Part shown: positions 26,921 through 36,920 of the stretch, in pieces
Layout: every line of letters starts with the position of its first letter
How positions within the stretch are numbered: the first letter of the stretch is position 1
Virus record (IMG/VR): IMGVR_UViG_3300012964_000002
Span: 1 to 64,000 of that record
Strand: one strand, 5' to 3'
From: a virus
DNA: 64,000 nucleotides
Translations under genes and position numbers: made by a program
Notes under the pieces: model-generated
Seen by the model: only the letters and a program-made list of their open reading frames with translations
The model's database searches: none
What the model was told of the DNA's origin: nothing

Positions 26921-27685
26921 ATGGCGAACATCGTGAAGCACGGGACGTTCACGGCCGAGGCGGCGGAGAAGGAGGAGCAGGAGATCCAGACCTCCGGCGC
27001 CTTCCTGAAGTTGGGCGTCGGGAAGACGACGATCCGGGTCCTCCCGCCGCCCGCGGGGCAGAACCTCCCCTGGGTGAAGACTCAGGAGCACTTCATCAAG
27101 ACGCCGGGGGCGCAGCGCGCGGCGATCTTCGCCTGCCCGCGGGTGCTGGCGAAGCAGCCCTGCCCGGCGTGCGCGATCGCGGACAAGCTGAACAGCTCGG
27201 GCAACCCGGTGGACCGCGACCGCGCCTGGGAGTACCGCCCCAAGATGCGCGCGTACATGAACGTGATCGCGCGGAAGGAGCCCGAGAAGGGCGTGCAGGT
27301 GCTCGCGGTCGGCAAGACCATCCTCGAGAAGATGATCAAGATCCGGAAGGACGAGGACGCGGGCGGCGACTTCACCGACGTCGTCAACGGCTTCGACCTC
27401 ATCATCGACCGCACGGGGACCGGGAAGAACGACACCGAGTACGAGGTGATGGCGTCCCGCAAGATCACGCCGCTCGGGGACGACAGCTGGCTGGACCAGG
27501 CCCACGACCTCACGCGGCACACGAAGGTCCGGACGGCCGCCGAGATCCAGGCCGAGCTCTCGGGCGAGGAGGAGAACGTCGCCGCCTCCGGGGCCCGCGA
27601 CGTGGGCCGCGGCAGCACCGGCGGCGGGCAGCAGCGGCGCCGCACGGCGCAGGACGACATCGAGGATCCCGTCGACGCGACGTAG
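26921..27685 (+). CDS. single-stranded DNA-binding protein (T4 gp32-like)
   Basis: IRVLPP, H...CP...CPAC zinc site, GFDLIIDRTG...TEY, acidic tail. Confidence 0.8.
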   Translation: MANIVKHGTFTAEAAEKEEQEIQTSGAFLKLGVGKTTIRVLPPPAGQNLPWVKTQEHFIKTPGAQRAAIFACPRVLAKQPCPACAIADKLNSSGNPVDRDRAWEYRPKMRAYMNVIARKEPEKGVQVLAVGKTILEKMIKIRKDEDAGGDFTDVVNGFDLIIDRTGTGKNDTEYEVMASRKITPLGDDSWLDQAHDLTRHTKVRTAAEIQAELSGEEENVAASGARDVGRGSTGGGQQRRRTAQDDIEDPVDAT

Positions 27686-27790
27686 TCGCGTCTCGGGCAG
27701 GGGTGCGCGGCCTCCCGCGCGCGTGGACAGTGTGCGCTGCTCCGCGCGCGGGAGGCCCGCCCCGTTCTCTCAACCGCAAGGGAGGCATCC

Positions 27791-28834
27791 GTGGCCGGTC
27801 GTTCCGCTGGCGCGAAGGCGTTGAAGGACATCGCCGCCGCGATCAACAAGGCGTTCGGGAAGGGCGCCGCCCAGGTGCTCGGGGACGACGCGGAGGTCCG
27901 CGGCGAGGTGACGGACGTCATCCCTCTCGGCATCGGCGTTCTCGACAACTACGTGATCGGCGTGGGCGGGTTGCCCTGCGGGCGCGTCGTGGAGGTCTAC
28001 TCGGAGGAGGGCGGGGGCAAGACGTCGCTGCTGCTCGCCGCGCTCGCCGGCGCGCAGCGGGAGGGCGGGCTCGCCGCGCTGGAGGAGACCGAGAACGCGC
28101 TCCAGACCGACCGCCTCGTCGTCTTCGGCGTGGACAAGGAGCAGCTCCTCGTGGCCCAGCCGGACTCGATGGAGGAGGTGCTTCAGGAGATGCAGCTCAT
28201 CCTCGAGCACGCGCCGAAGGGCGGCGGGCCGATCCTGATCGGCTGGGACTCCGTGGCGGCCACGCCGACCGCGGCCGAGGTCGAGGGCGGGATCGCTCCC
28301 GACAAGGGGATGGACGTCCGCGCGAAGATCCTCTCCGCGGCGTTCCGCCAGCTCGTGCCGCTCGCCGCGGAGAAGCGGGCGTGCATCCTCGTCGTGAACC
28401 AGACGCGCGAGAAGATCGGCGTCATGTTCGGAGACAAGACGACGACGCCGGGCGGGAAGGCCATCAAGTTCGCGGCGAGCGTCCGCCTCCAGATCCTAGG
28501 CGGCAAGGCGGTGAAGCGCGGCGAGGGGCACGTCGGCAAGGACGTGACCATCATCGCGTCGAAGAACAAGCTCGCCCCGCCGTGGCGGAAGGCGCGCGTC
28601 CGGCTCTCCTACGACTCCGGCTGGGACGACGAGTGGTCGACGCTCGAGTTCGCCAAGGACTTGCAGATCATCGAGCAGGACGCGAGGGGGGAGCAGGCGC
28701 TCGCGGAGGCGCGCGAGAAGCTCGCCGCGTGCGGCTGGAGCCCCTCGCGCGTGACGCAGGAGATGCTCGTCGACCCGTCCGCGTCGCGGAAAAAGAAGGA
28801 CGACGAGGGCAAGAACACGGGACAGGAGGATTGA
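27791..28834 (+). CDS. recA: RecA/UvsX recombinase
   Basis: GGLPCGRVVEVY, GGGKT, DSVAA, NQTREKIGVMFG...TPGGKAIKF, KNK. Confidence 0.95.
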   Translation: MAGRSAGAKALKDIAAAINKAFGKGAAQVLGDDAEVRGEVTDVIPLGIGVLDNYVIGVGGLPCGRVVEVYSEEGGGKTSLLLAALAGAQREGGLAALEETENALQTDRLVVFGVDKEQLLVAQPDSMEEVLQEMQLILEHAPKGGGPILIGWDSVAATPTAAEVEGGIAPDKGMDVRAKILSAAFRQLVPLAAEKRACILVVNQTREKIGVMFGDKTTTPGGKAIKFAASVRLQILGGKAVKRGEGHVGKDVTIIASKNKLAPPWRKARVRLSYDSGWDDEWSTLEFAKDLQIIEQDARGEQALAEAREKLAACGWSPSRVTQEMLVDPSASRKKKDDEGKNTGQED

Positions 28835-28835
28835 C

Positions 28836-29708
28836 ATGGCGGCGAACGGACCTGGTTGGAAGATCGAGTGGGTGAAGTTCACGAAGGCCGACGCGCAGCA
28901 GGCGTTGGCGAAGTTCAAGGAAGATCGCGGCGTCGACGCGGCATGGGTTGACGCGCTCTCTCGCACGATGGACGCCGGGCTGTGGGAGGTCTACAGCCCG
29001 TCGCAGACGCCGATCGCGTTCGACCGTGGCGGCAACAGGCTGAACGGCAAGCACCGCCTCCTCGCGTTCATCAAGTCGAAGCTCGACGAGATCATCTTCC
29101 CCGTCGTTCGCAACCTCGACCCGGACGAGTTCCGCAACTTCGACCAGAACGTGAAGCTGCGGAAGCATACCAACGCCCACCCTGGGCACATCAACCTTTT
29201 CCGCGACGAGGCGCGCGTCGGCTGGCTCGAGGTGATCGTTTCGGCGGACAAGAGCGTCAAGATGACCACTCAGCTGTTCGACCACCTGTGCGGTGGGAAG
29301 TGGAAGCGTCAGGTCAGGTGGGCCACGGACAAGCTTCAGTCCCAGTCCAGGCAGGGCAAGGCTCCCTACGCCGCGGCCTTCATGTACGTTCATCGGCTGG
29401 ATCCGGTGTTCGCTGACAAGGTCGTCGAGATGTGGCGCGACGGTCCGGACGGGAGCAAGCATCCGCACCTTCGTCGGATCCGCGACCGCGCGATGTCCGT
29501 GACGAAGAACGGTCACGGGGGGCGCGGGGAGCGCGAGGTGGACATGCTTCGTCTTCTTGGTGTGCTCGCGTACATGCATCAGGACAGGCCGCTTCCTAAC
29601 AGGCTGTCGAACATTCTGGTCGGGATCCGCTACTTCTCCGAGAAGCTGCGGGACGGGGCTGCCGCCCGCTGGGAAAAGCGGACGATTGTCGGGGCGGATG
29701 AGGTGTGA
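28836..29708 (+). CDS. ParB/DGQHR-like domain protein
   Basis: IAFDRGGNRLNGKHRLLA; lower GC than flanks. Confidence 0.6.
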   Translation: MAANGPGWKIEWVKFTKADAQQALAKFKEDRGVDAAWVDALSRTMDAGLWEVYSPSQTPIAFDRGGNRLNGKHRLLAFIKSKLDEIIFPVVRNLDPDEFRNFDQNVKLRKHTNAHPGHINLFRDEARVGWLEVIVSADKSVKMTTQLFDHLCGGKWKRQVRWATDKLQSQSRQGKAPYAAAFMYVHRLDPVFADKVVEMWRDGPDGSKHPHLRRIRDRAMSVTKNGHGGRGEREVDMLRLLGVLAYMHQDRPLPNRLSNILVGIRYFSEKLRDGAAARWEKRTIVGADEV

Positions 29709-30463
29709 TCGTGGACTCCGGGCTCATCAGGATCGGGAACATCGAGGTTCATCCGGCGGCGCGCCTGTTTCCGGAGATGGGGGAGGATGACCTTCGCGAG
29801 CTGTACGAGAGCGTCAAGGTCAACGGTGTGCGGTCTCCCCTCCAATTCTTTGAGGGGAAGCTTCTCGACGGGCGAAACCGTGTCCGCGCGGCGCTCATGG
29901 CGGGTCTCGACGTCGCGAATCTGCCGCGTCGCAACCTCAGTCCTGACACGGATCCGTTTCAGTATGCGTGGGACGCGAACTGCGAGCGGCTCAACTACGC
30001 CCCGAAGACGAAGGCGGACATCGCCGTCAAGATCGCCGAGGCCTCCGGAGAGCTCGCGCGCCTGCGCGCCGGGGCGGCGGCGAGGGCGAACGCCTCCCGG
30101 TCGGAGAAGGCGAAGGCGCAGATCGCGGAGCAGCCGCGGGACGGCGCGGGGAAGGTGAGGCCGGGTGGAGCGCCACGTGACGCTCGACCCGGCCTGCCTC
30201 CCCCGCCGCGGAAGATCGCCAAGGAGATCGCGGAGAAGGCGGGCGTGAGCACGCGGACGGCGGAGCGCGCGCTGCGGCGGCGGAGGGAGGGCCCGGAGGC
30301 CCTCGACGGCGTCGCCGACGGGCCCCCCGCGCGCACCAAGCGGCGCCCCTCGAAGTGGAGCGTCCCGCGCGACGTCGGCGACATGGCGAAGTTTCTGCGC
30401 GAGCGGCTCACGCTGGCTGAGATCACGCGGCTCGTCAAGCTCCTGACGGAGAGCAAGTTATGA
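29705..30463 (+). CDS. ParB-like protein with C-terminal HTH
   Basis: HPAARLFPEM...LLDGRNRVRA; IAEKAGVSTRTAERA. Confidence 0.8.
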   Translation: MIVDSGLIRIGNIEVHPAARLFPEMGEDDLRELYESVKVNGVRSPLQFFEGKLLDGRNRVRAALMAGLDVANLPRRNLSPDTDPFQYAWDANCERLNYAPKTKADIAVKIAEASGELARLRAGAAARANASRSEKAKAQIAEQPRDGAGKVRPGGAPRDARPGLPPPPRKIAKEIAEKAGVSTRTAERALRRRREGPEALDGVADGPPARTKRRPSKWSVPRDVGDMAKFLRERLTLAEITRLVKLLTESKL

Positions 30464-31584
30464 GAGTGGGTCTGATCGCTGACGTACACCTCGGGAACCA
30501 CCGCCGGTTCGGCGGCCCGCTCGAGGCCGGCCTGAACCGCAGGTGCCGGCAGGCGGTGGCGGCGCTCCGGAACGCCGCGGAGGAGGCGGGCCGCCAGAAG
30601 TGCGACGCGCTCGTGGTCGCCGGCGACCTCTTCGACTCGGCGCGTCCGGAGCCGCAGGTGATCGCCGCCGCGATGCGAGCGCTCCGCGCCGGCCCGCCCG
30701 CTCTCGTCCTCAAGGGCAACCACGACAGCGTCAGCGACGCGCCCGGGGACAACGCGCTCGGCCCGCTGACGCAGGGGATGTTCGACGTCTTTGAGCGGCC
30801 GGCGCGCGTTCCGGGAGCGGGCGTGGACCTCCTCCTCGTGCCCTTCCGCGCGGGGGACGCGCGGGAGTGGCTGCCGTCCGCGGTCGACGAGGCGCTGGGG
30901 AAGATCAAGGTGCCGAGGCGGCGCGTCGAGCTGGCCCTGTTCGTCCACCTCGGGATCGCTGACGACGACACGCCGGAGTGGCTGCGCGGCTCCCGCGACT
31001 CCGTGGACGTCTCGACGCTGGAGAAGTTGTGCGCGGAACGCGGGATCTCCTTCGTCGGCGCCGGCAACTGGCACAACCCCGAGAGCTGGCAGATGGACGG
31101 GGGTGGTCAGATCGTGCAGGTCGGCGCGCTCTGCCCCACCGGGTTCGACAACGAGGGGCTCGACTGCGGGAGCCTGGCGGTCTGGGACTCCGAGACGGGG
31201 GAGGTCGCGCGGCACGAGATCCCCGGGCCGCGCTTTCTTCGTCTGAACGTTGGCTGGGCGAGCGCAGAGGCCGCGCGCCTGGCGACCAAGGCGGGGCACG
31301 GAGTCTACGCGGAGATCGTGCACTCTCCGGACCTCGCCGCCGAGGCGGCAACGCGCCTGCGGACGCTGATCGACGAGGGTTCGCTGATCGACGGCGAGCT
31401 CCGTCCGGACGGCGACGTGGCGGAGGCGGCCGCGCGGAGCGCCGCGGCCGCCGTGCGCGGGGCGGACACGCTCGACGCCGCGCTCGCCGGCTACGTGGGC
31501 GAGATGCAGCTCGAGGACGGCGTCGTGCGGACCGCCGTCTTGGAGCGCGCCAAGAAGTACCTGGCCGCCGCGGAGGAGCGATGA
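30460..31584 (+). CDS. sbcD: Mre11/SbcD-like metallophosphoesterase nuclease
   Basis: ADVH, AGDLFD, GNHD, GNWH. Confidence 0.88.
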   Translation: MRVGLIADVHLGNHRRFGGPLEAGLNRRCRQAVAALRNAAEEAGRQKCDALVVAGDLFDSARPEPQVIAAAMRALRAGPPALVLKGNHDSVSDAPGDNALGPLTQGMFDVFERPARVPGAGVDLLLVPFRAGDAREWLPSAVDEALGKIKVPRRRVELALFVHLGIADDDTPEWLRGSRDSVDVSTLEKLCAERGISFVGAGNWHNPESWQMDGGGQIVQVGALCPTGFDNEGLDCGSLAVWDSETGEVARHEIPGPRFLRLNVGWASAEAARLATKAGHGVYAEIVHSPDLAAEAATRLRTLIDEGSLIDGELRPDGDVAEAAARSAAAAVRGADTLDAALAGYVGEMQLEDGVVRTAVLERAKKYLAAAEER

Positions 31585-32450
31585 GCGGACGAAGGGGGTT
31601 TGGAGTCCTGCTGCTGGGAGACGGGGTGCCCGGCTTCCTCGCGCCCGACTTGCTCGCGGCAGGTGGGGAGGTCTTCGCAAGCGAGGCGGTCGCGGAGCGG
31701 TGGATTCTGGCCTCCGCCGACGCGCTGCGCAAGCTTCGCCTGAGCGCCCGCGTCGTGGCGGTGGCCCGGTGCGGGGAGTGCGGGCACGTCAGGCGCGTGC
31801 CGGAAGGGGGTGGATGATGGAGCGCGGCGGCGACTTCGGCCACAGCAGCGCGTGCAGGTGCGGAGCGCAGGGCAAGTCCGTTCACGAGATGGGGAAGTGC
31901 CCGCACCTGTTCCACGCCTGCGCGGAGGCGTGCGGGAGGCAGTACGCGGCCGCGGCCAAGACCGGCTTCGCGGCGCGTGAGCTCGGCAAGGAGTGTTCGT
32001 GATGCGTGTTCCGTTCGCGTTCGTGGTGACGGTGGACGACGGTGGCGTGTGGAGCGCCGCGCAGATCGAGGGTCCGGCTCTGTCGATGGGGACCGGCAGC
32101 AACATCCCGGGGCCGTGGCTGCACGAGCAGCCGCTCAACCTCAACTGCAACGGCTTGTCGATCCACTACCGCAACCGCCTCAACTCCTTCGAGGACGCGA
32201 TCGCGTTTCTGCGGGAGCGGGTCGCCGGCGAGGCCGCGAAGCTGCTCGGCACGAAGGGAGGTCAGGGGTGAGCTACGTGATTCAGCGGGAGGACGGGATG
32301 TTCGTGGCGCCGTCTGGCATGGCCAGGTCGTACACGTCGATGCTTCAGCGCGCGCGCCTGTTCCCGTCCAGGGAGGCGGCCCAGAGCGAGGCGTGCGGGA
32401 ACGAGCGGGTGCTCTCGCTGGAGGAGGCGGCCGCGGGGAGGCTTCCGTGA
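31581..32450 (+). CDS. four small hypothetical ORFs (31581-31817, 31814-32002, about 32002-32271, 32268-32450)
   Basis: Chain of stop/start overlaps between sbcD and sbcC. Confidence 0.55.
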
Positions 32451-34120
32451 ACGTCCGCCGCCTCGAGCTCGTGAACGTGCTCGGCCACAAGAGGACCGAG
32501 CTGAACCTCCCGGAGCGCGGCGTGGTTCTCGTGACGGGCCCGAACGGCGCCGGGAAGTCGGCGCTGCCCGAGGCCGCCTCGTACGCGGTCTGGGGAAAGA
32601 CCCTGCGCGGCACGCCGCCCTGGCGCAAGGACGGGTCTCCCGGGACCGTGGCGTGCGCGGCGGACTCCGTGGACGTCACGCGGGAGCGCTCCGGCTCCCG
32701 CGTCGGCCTGAGCTGGAAGGTTCCGGGCGACGAGGACCCGGCCGAGTTCGACACGACCACCAAGGCGCAGGAGGCGCTGGAGCACGTCGTCGGCTCGTGG
32801 GACGTCTGGCGGCGAACGTGCGTGTTCTCCTCCGCGGACGCCTCCCACTTCTCCGGGGCGACCGACGGGGAGCGGAAGCGCTTGCTCGAGGAGATCCTGG
32901 GGCTGGGTCGCTTCGACGTCGCGCTCGCCGCGTGCCGCGCGGACCTCAGGGCGGTGGAGACGCGCCGCTCGGCGGCCGACGGTGACGCGCGGGTCTTGCG
33001 GGAGCGGGTTCAGCGGATGAAGGACAGCCTGGGGCAGGCCCGCGCCTCGCTGCGCGCGCTTCCGGCGGCCCCGCCGCTCCCGACTTCCGCGTCCGCGGAC
33101 CTCCTCCGGCTGAAGCTGGACAAGCTCAGGCAGAGCCGCGCCACCTGCGACCGCGAGCTCGCCACGGCGCAGGCGGCGCTTCGGTCCGCGGAGGCGCGCC
33201 GCGGGGCCGCCGAGAGCACGGTCGCCGCCCTGGAGCGGCAGGCGGCACGCACGAAGGAGAGCGTCTGCCACACCTGCGGGCAGACTATCAACGCGGGGCA
33301 GCGCGCGAAGATCGAGGCGGAGCTGGGCGCCGCGCGCGGGGAGGCGGCGAAGGCCGGAGGAGTCGCCACCGCCGCCGCGGACGAGGTGGCGGAGTCGGTC
33401 AAGGATCTGGAGGCGGAGCGTCAGGACATCGACGAGGCCCTCCACCGCGTCCAGAAGGAGCAGAGCGCCGCGGAGGAGGCGGCCCGCTCCGCGCGGGCGC
33501 GCGAGACCCTGACCGCGCAGGCGGACCAGGCGGAGAAGCACCTCAAGGGCGGGGAAGAGGAGCTGTTCAAGGCCGAGGCCGCGCTTGCCGTCGCCGTCTC
33601 CGAGGCGGCCGTCCTCGGCGCCGTCGAGCAGGTCTTGGGACTGCGCGGCGTGCGGGCGTCCATCCTCGGGCGCGCTCTCTCCGGGCTCGAGGTGGCGGTC
33701 AACGCGCGGGTCGCGCGCCTCTTCCGGGGTGGGGGCGTCGCGGTCGAGCTCAAGGCGTGGTCGGAGAAGAAGACGGGCGGGATCTCCGACGCCATCAGCA
33801 TGGCCGTCTCGGGAGTGGGGGACGGGCACGGGTACAAGGCGGCGAGCCAGGGGCAGCGGCGCCGCCTCGACGTGGCGATGCTCCTCGCTCTCGCGGACGT
33901 CGCGGCCGCGGCGCACGGCGCGCGCGCCGGAACCATCTGGATGGACGAGGTCTTCGACGCGCTGGACCCGGAGGGAGAGGACGCCGTCTGCGGGCTGCTG
34001 CCGGAGATCGCGGCGGAGCGCTGCGTGGTGGTGATCACCCACTCCCCCTCCCTCGTTCAGCGGCTCCCTGCTACGATGCGAGTTCAGGTGGCGGACGGCG
34101 GCAAGCTGTCCGTCTCGTGA
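32447..34120 (+). CDS. sbcC: Rad50/SbcC-like SMC ATPase
   Basis: GPNGAGKS, coiled coil with CHTC zinc hook, ASQGQRRR signature, MDEVFDALD, ITH. Confidence 0.92.
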   Translation: MNVRRLELVNVLGHKRTELNLPERGVVLVTGPNGAGKSALPEAASYAVWGKTLRGTPPWRKDGSPGTVACAADSVDVTRERSGSRVGLSWKVPGDEDPAEFDTTTKAQEALEHVVGSWDVWRRTCVFSSADASHFSGATDGERKRLLEEILGLGRFDVALAACRADLRAVETRRSAADGDARVLRERVQRMKDSLGQARASLRALPAAPPLPTSASADLLRLKLDKLRQSRATCDRELATAQAALRSAEARRGAAESTVAALERQAARTKESVCHTCGQTINAGQRAKIEAELGAARGEAAKAGGVATAAADEVAESVKDLEAERQDIDEALHRVQKEQSAAEEAARSARARETLTAQADQAEKHLKGGEEELFKAEAALAVAVSEAAVLGAVEQVLGLRGVRASILGRALSGLEVAVNARVARLFRGGGVAVELKAWSEKKTGGISDAISMAVSGVGDGHGYKAASQGQRRRLDVAMLLALADVAAAAHGARAGTIWMDEVFDALDPEGEDAVCGLLPEIAAERCVVVITHSPSLVQRLPATMRVQVADGGKLSVS

Positions 34121-34131
34121 GGAGGTCCGAC

Positions 34132-34323
34132 GTGGACCAGCGCCCCGGCTTCTGCAAGCACGTCAAGGTGTGCCCCGGAGATCCCGAGGAGCGCGTCGTC
34201 AAGTTGCCGTGCGGGAACCACGCGCGGGATGGGGCGGACTTCTGCTACGTGCACGACCCGAAGACGAAGAGGCGGCGCGATGAGAGCGCGGCCCGCGTCT
34301 CGGTGCTGATGCGGGCGCGCTGA
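34132..34323 (+). CDS. small Cys/His zinc-binding protein
   Basis: C...C...FCYVH; GAGGAGG RBS. Confidence 0.55.
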   Translation: MDQRPGFCKHVKVCPGDPEERVVKLPCGNHARDGADFCYVHDPKTKRRRDESAARVSVLMRAR

Positions 34324-34334
34324 GGAGGTGCATC

Positions 34335-35033
34335 GTGGAGCAGCCGAAGGTTCACTGGGTCCCGATCGAGCAGACGCGGCCCCACCCTCGCAACTACCGC
34401 AAGCACCCGGAGGACCAGCTCGAGCACATCGTCGCGTCGCTCCGTCAGCACGGGTTCTACCGCAACGTCGTGCTCGCCCGCGACGGGACGGTCCTCGCCG
34501 GGCACGGCGTGCGCGAGGCGACGGAGAGGATGAAGGGCACGCACCTTCCCGCCATCGTCCTCGACCTCGACCCGAACGACCCCCGCGCGCTGAAGGTGCT
34601 CGCGGGCGATAACGAGATCGGGAAGCTGGCCGAGACGGACGACCGCGCCCTGACCGAGCTCCTGAAGGAGGTTCTCCGGTCCGACGACGCGTTCGGGAAG
34701 CTCTCCGGGACCGGGTTCAACGAGGAGCAGCTCGCGGCGCTCGTCTTCACGACGCGGCCGGCCAGCGAGGTTCAGAGCATGGACGAGGCGGCCGCCTGGG
34801 TCGGGATGCCTGAGTACGAGGAGGGCGGCAGCACGATCAAGCTGGTCATCTCCTTCAAGTCGGACGAGGACCGCGCGCGCTTCCTCGCGGAGACGGGCAT
34901 CCGCATCGACAAGAGCGCCATCAAGGGCAGCACGTGGTCGACGCGCTGGCCGTGGACCGACCGCGAGGACTCCGCGTCCGTGCGCTTCGAGACGAAGGAG
35001 GAGCCCCCGCCCGCGCCTCCCGAGGCGGCGTGA
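34335..35033 (+). CDS. ParB/Srx-domain protein linked to glycosyltransferases
   Basis: PHPRNYRKH...GF...VLAGHG...DNEI; C-terminal WVGMPEY. Confidence 0.85.
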   Translation: MEQPKVHWVPIEQTRPHPRNYRKHPEDQLEHIVASLRQHGFYRNVVLARDGTVLAGHGVREATERMKGTHLPAIVLDLDPNDPRALKVLAGDNEIGKLAETDDRALTELLKEVLRSDDAFGKLSGTGFNEEQLAALVFTTRPASEVQSMDEAAAWVGMPEYEEGGSTIKLVISFKSDEDRARFLAETGIRIDKSAIKGSTWSTRWPWTDREDSASVRFETKEEPPPAPPEAA

Positions 35034-35803
35034 CCGGGGCTCTCCCGCGCTACCCCGTGTACGTGCTCTCCAAGGGCAGGAGCGACCGCTGCCTGACGGC
35101 GAGGTTCCTGCTCCGCGACGGGGTGCCGTTCATCATCGCCGTGGAGCCGCACGAGGCCGACCTGTACGCCGCGGAGTTCGGGCGCGAGCGCCTGCTGATT
35201 CTCCCCTTCCGCGACGCCGGGACCGCCACGCCCGCGAGGAACGCCGTCAAGGAGCGCTCCGTCGCGGCTGGCGACGCGAGGCACTGGCAGCTCGACGACA
35301 ACATCCGAGGAATCCGAGGCTACGTCGACGGCAAGCGCGTCCGGGTGAGGGGCGGGCCGGCGCTCCGCGAGGTCGAGGAGCTGGTGGACGGCTACGAGAA
35401 CGTGGGCATCGCGGGCCTTCAGCACACCGTCTTCCAGGACCGCTCGCGGCCGTTCCTCGTGAACCGTCAGGTCTACTCGTGCGTGCTGGTGGACAACCGT
35501 CTGCCGTTCCGCTGGCGCGGGGTGGCGCACCACGACACCGACTACTCTCTTCAGGTGCTCGTGGCCGGCCACTGCACGATCCTCGTCTGCGCCTTCGGCA
35601 TCGAGAAGGCACAGACCATGTCGATGAAGGGCGGGATGACCGACGCCTACCTGGGCGACGGGAAGCTGCGGAAGGCCCACGAGATCCAGCGGCGGTGGCC
35701 CGGGCGCGGCATCAAGATCGTGCGGCGCAACGGCGTCCCAAGCGCCAGCATGGGGCGCGTCTGGTCGAAGTTCACCACCCCGCTGCGCCCGAGGTCCCCG
35801 TGA
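35030..35803 (+). CDS. GREB1-like/TET-associated glycosyltransferase 1 (GT-A fold)
   Basis: YPVYVLSKGR, VEP, HWQLDDNI, VYSCVL, WRG, DTDYSLQVL, TMSMKGG. Confidence 0.8.
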   Translation: MTGALPRYPVYVLSKGRSDRCLTARFLLRDGVPFIIAVEPHEADLYAAEFGRERLLILPFRDAGTATPARNAVKERSVAAGDARHWQLDDNIRGIRGYVDGKRVRVRGGPALREVEELVDGYENVGIAGLQHTVFQDRSRPFLVNRQVYSCVLVDNRLPFRWRGVAHHDTDYSLQVLVAGHCTILVCAFGIEKAQTMSMKGGMTDAYLGDGKLRKAHEIQRRWPGRGIKIVRRNGVPSASMGRVWSKFTTPLRPRSP

Positions 35804-36687
35804 CGCTCCCGCGCTACCCGGTGTACGTGATCTCGAAGGGGCGGCATGACTGCTGCCTGACCGCCCGCGCGTTCGTGAAGGATGGGGTGCCCTTCCGCCT
35901 GGTGGTGGAGCCGCAGGAGCGGGAGCTGTACGCGCGGGAGTTCGGGGGCGGCCCGCTGCTGGTGACGCCCTTCTCGAACCTCGGCCTGGGCTCGATCCCC
36001 GTCCGCAACTTTGTCTGGGAGCACGCGAAGGCTTCCGGCGCGGAGCGGCACTGGATCTTCGACGACAACATCTCCGGCATCTGGCGCCGCTGGAAGGCGC
36101 GGAAGATCCGGTGCGAGGCCGGCGTCGCGCTCGCCGCCTCCGAAGACTTCGTCGACCGCTACGAGAACGTCGCGATCGCGGGCCTCAACTACTACATGTT
36201 CTCGGTGAACAAGACGAAGCAGCCGCCCTTCTACCTGAACGTCCACGTCTACTCGGCGCTGCTGATCCTGAACGACCTGCCGTTCCGCTGGCGCGGCCGC
36301 TACAACGAGGACACCGACCTCTGCCTCCAGGTGCTCTCCGCCGGCTGGTGCACGGTCCTCTTCAACGCCTTCCTCGCGTGGAAGATGACGACCATGACGA
36401 TGAAGGGCGGGAACGCGGCCGAGCTCTACAAGGGCGACGGGCGCCTCAAGATGGCGCGGTCGCTCGAGCGGGCGTGGCCGGGCGTCGTCACGACGCGGCG
36501 CCGCTTCCGCCGCCCGCAGCACGTCGTGAAGGGAGCGTGGCGCGGGTTCGACACGCCGCTCAAGCTCAGGCCGGGCGTGGACCTTTCCGCGCTTCCGAAG
36601 GTGGACGAGCGGGGGATGGAGATCGTCCGCGTGAAGGAGATCCGGAGCGCGGAGCTCAGGCAGATGGTCGAGGAGCGGGAGAGGTGA
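35800..36687 (+). CDS. GREB1-like/TET-associated glycosyltransferase 2
   Basis: YPVYVISKGR, HWIFDDNI, WRGRYNEDTDLCLQVL, TMTMKGGN. Confidence 0.85.
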   Translation: MTLPRYPVYVISKGRHDCCLTARAFVKDGVPFRLVVEPQERELYAREFGGGPLLVTPFSNLGLGSIPVRNFVWEHAKASGAERHWIFDDNISGIWRRWKARKIRCEAGVALAASEDFVDRYENVAIAGLNYYMFSVNKTKQPPFYLNVHVYSALLILNDLPFRWRGRYNEDTDLCLQVLSAGWCTVLFNAFLAWKMTTMTMKGGNAAELYKGDGRLKMARSLERAWPGVVTTRRRFRRPQHVVKGAWRGFDTPLKLRPGVDLSALPKVDERGMEIVRVKEIRSAELRQMVEERER

Positions 36688-36920
36688 GCTGGATTTCGCT
36701 GAGCGACGCGGCCGACCGCCTGGGGCTGCTCCCCGACGAGCTTTCCAAGATGATGCTCGTCACGCACCGGAACGGCACGTCCTTGGTGATGCATCCTCCG
36801 CGCAAGTGCTTCAGCGGCAAGATCCGGGTGACGCACGGGCCGCGCGTGTGGGAACCAGACTTGGAGCCGTGGGCCGCGGAAAGGGCGGCGGGGCTGATCC
36901 CGTGGGGAACAATCTCGTGA
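36684..36920 (+). CDS. wHTH paralog family member
   Basis: WISLSDAADRLGL...VWEPDLEPWAAERAAGL. Confidence 0.65.
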   Translation: MSWISLSDAADRLGLLPDELSKMMLVTHRNGTSLVMHPPRKCFSGKIRVTHGPRVWEPDLEPWAAERAAGLIPWGTIS

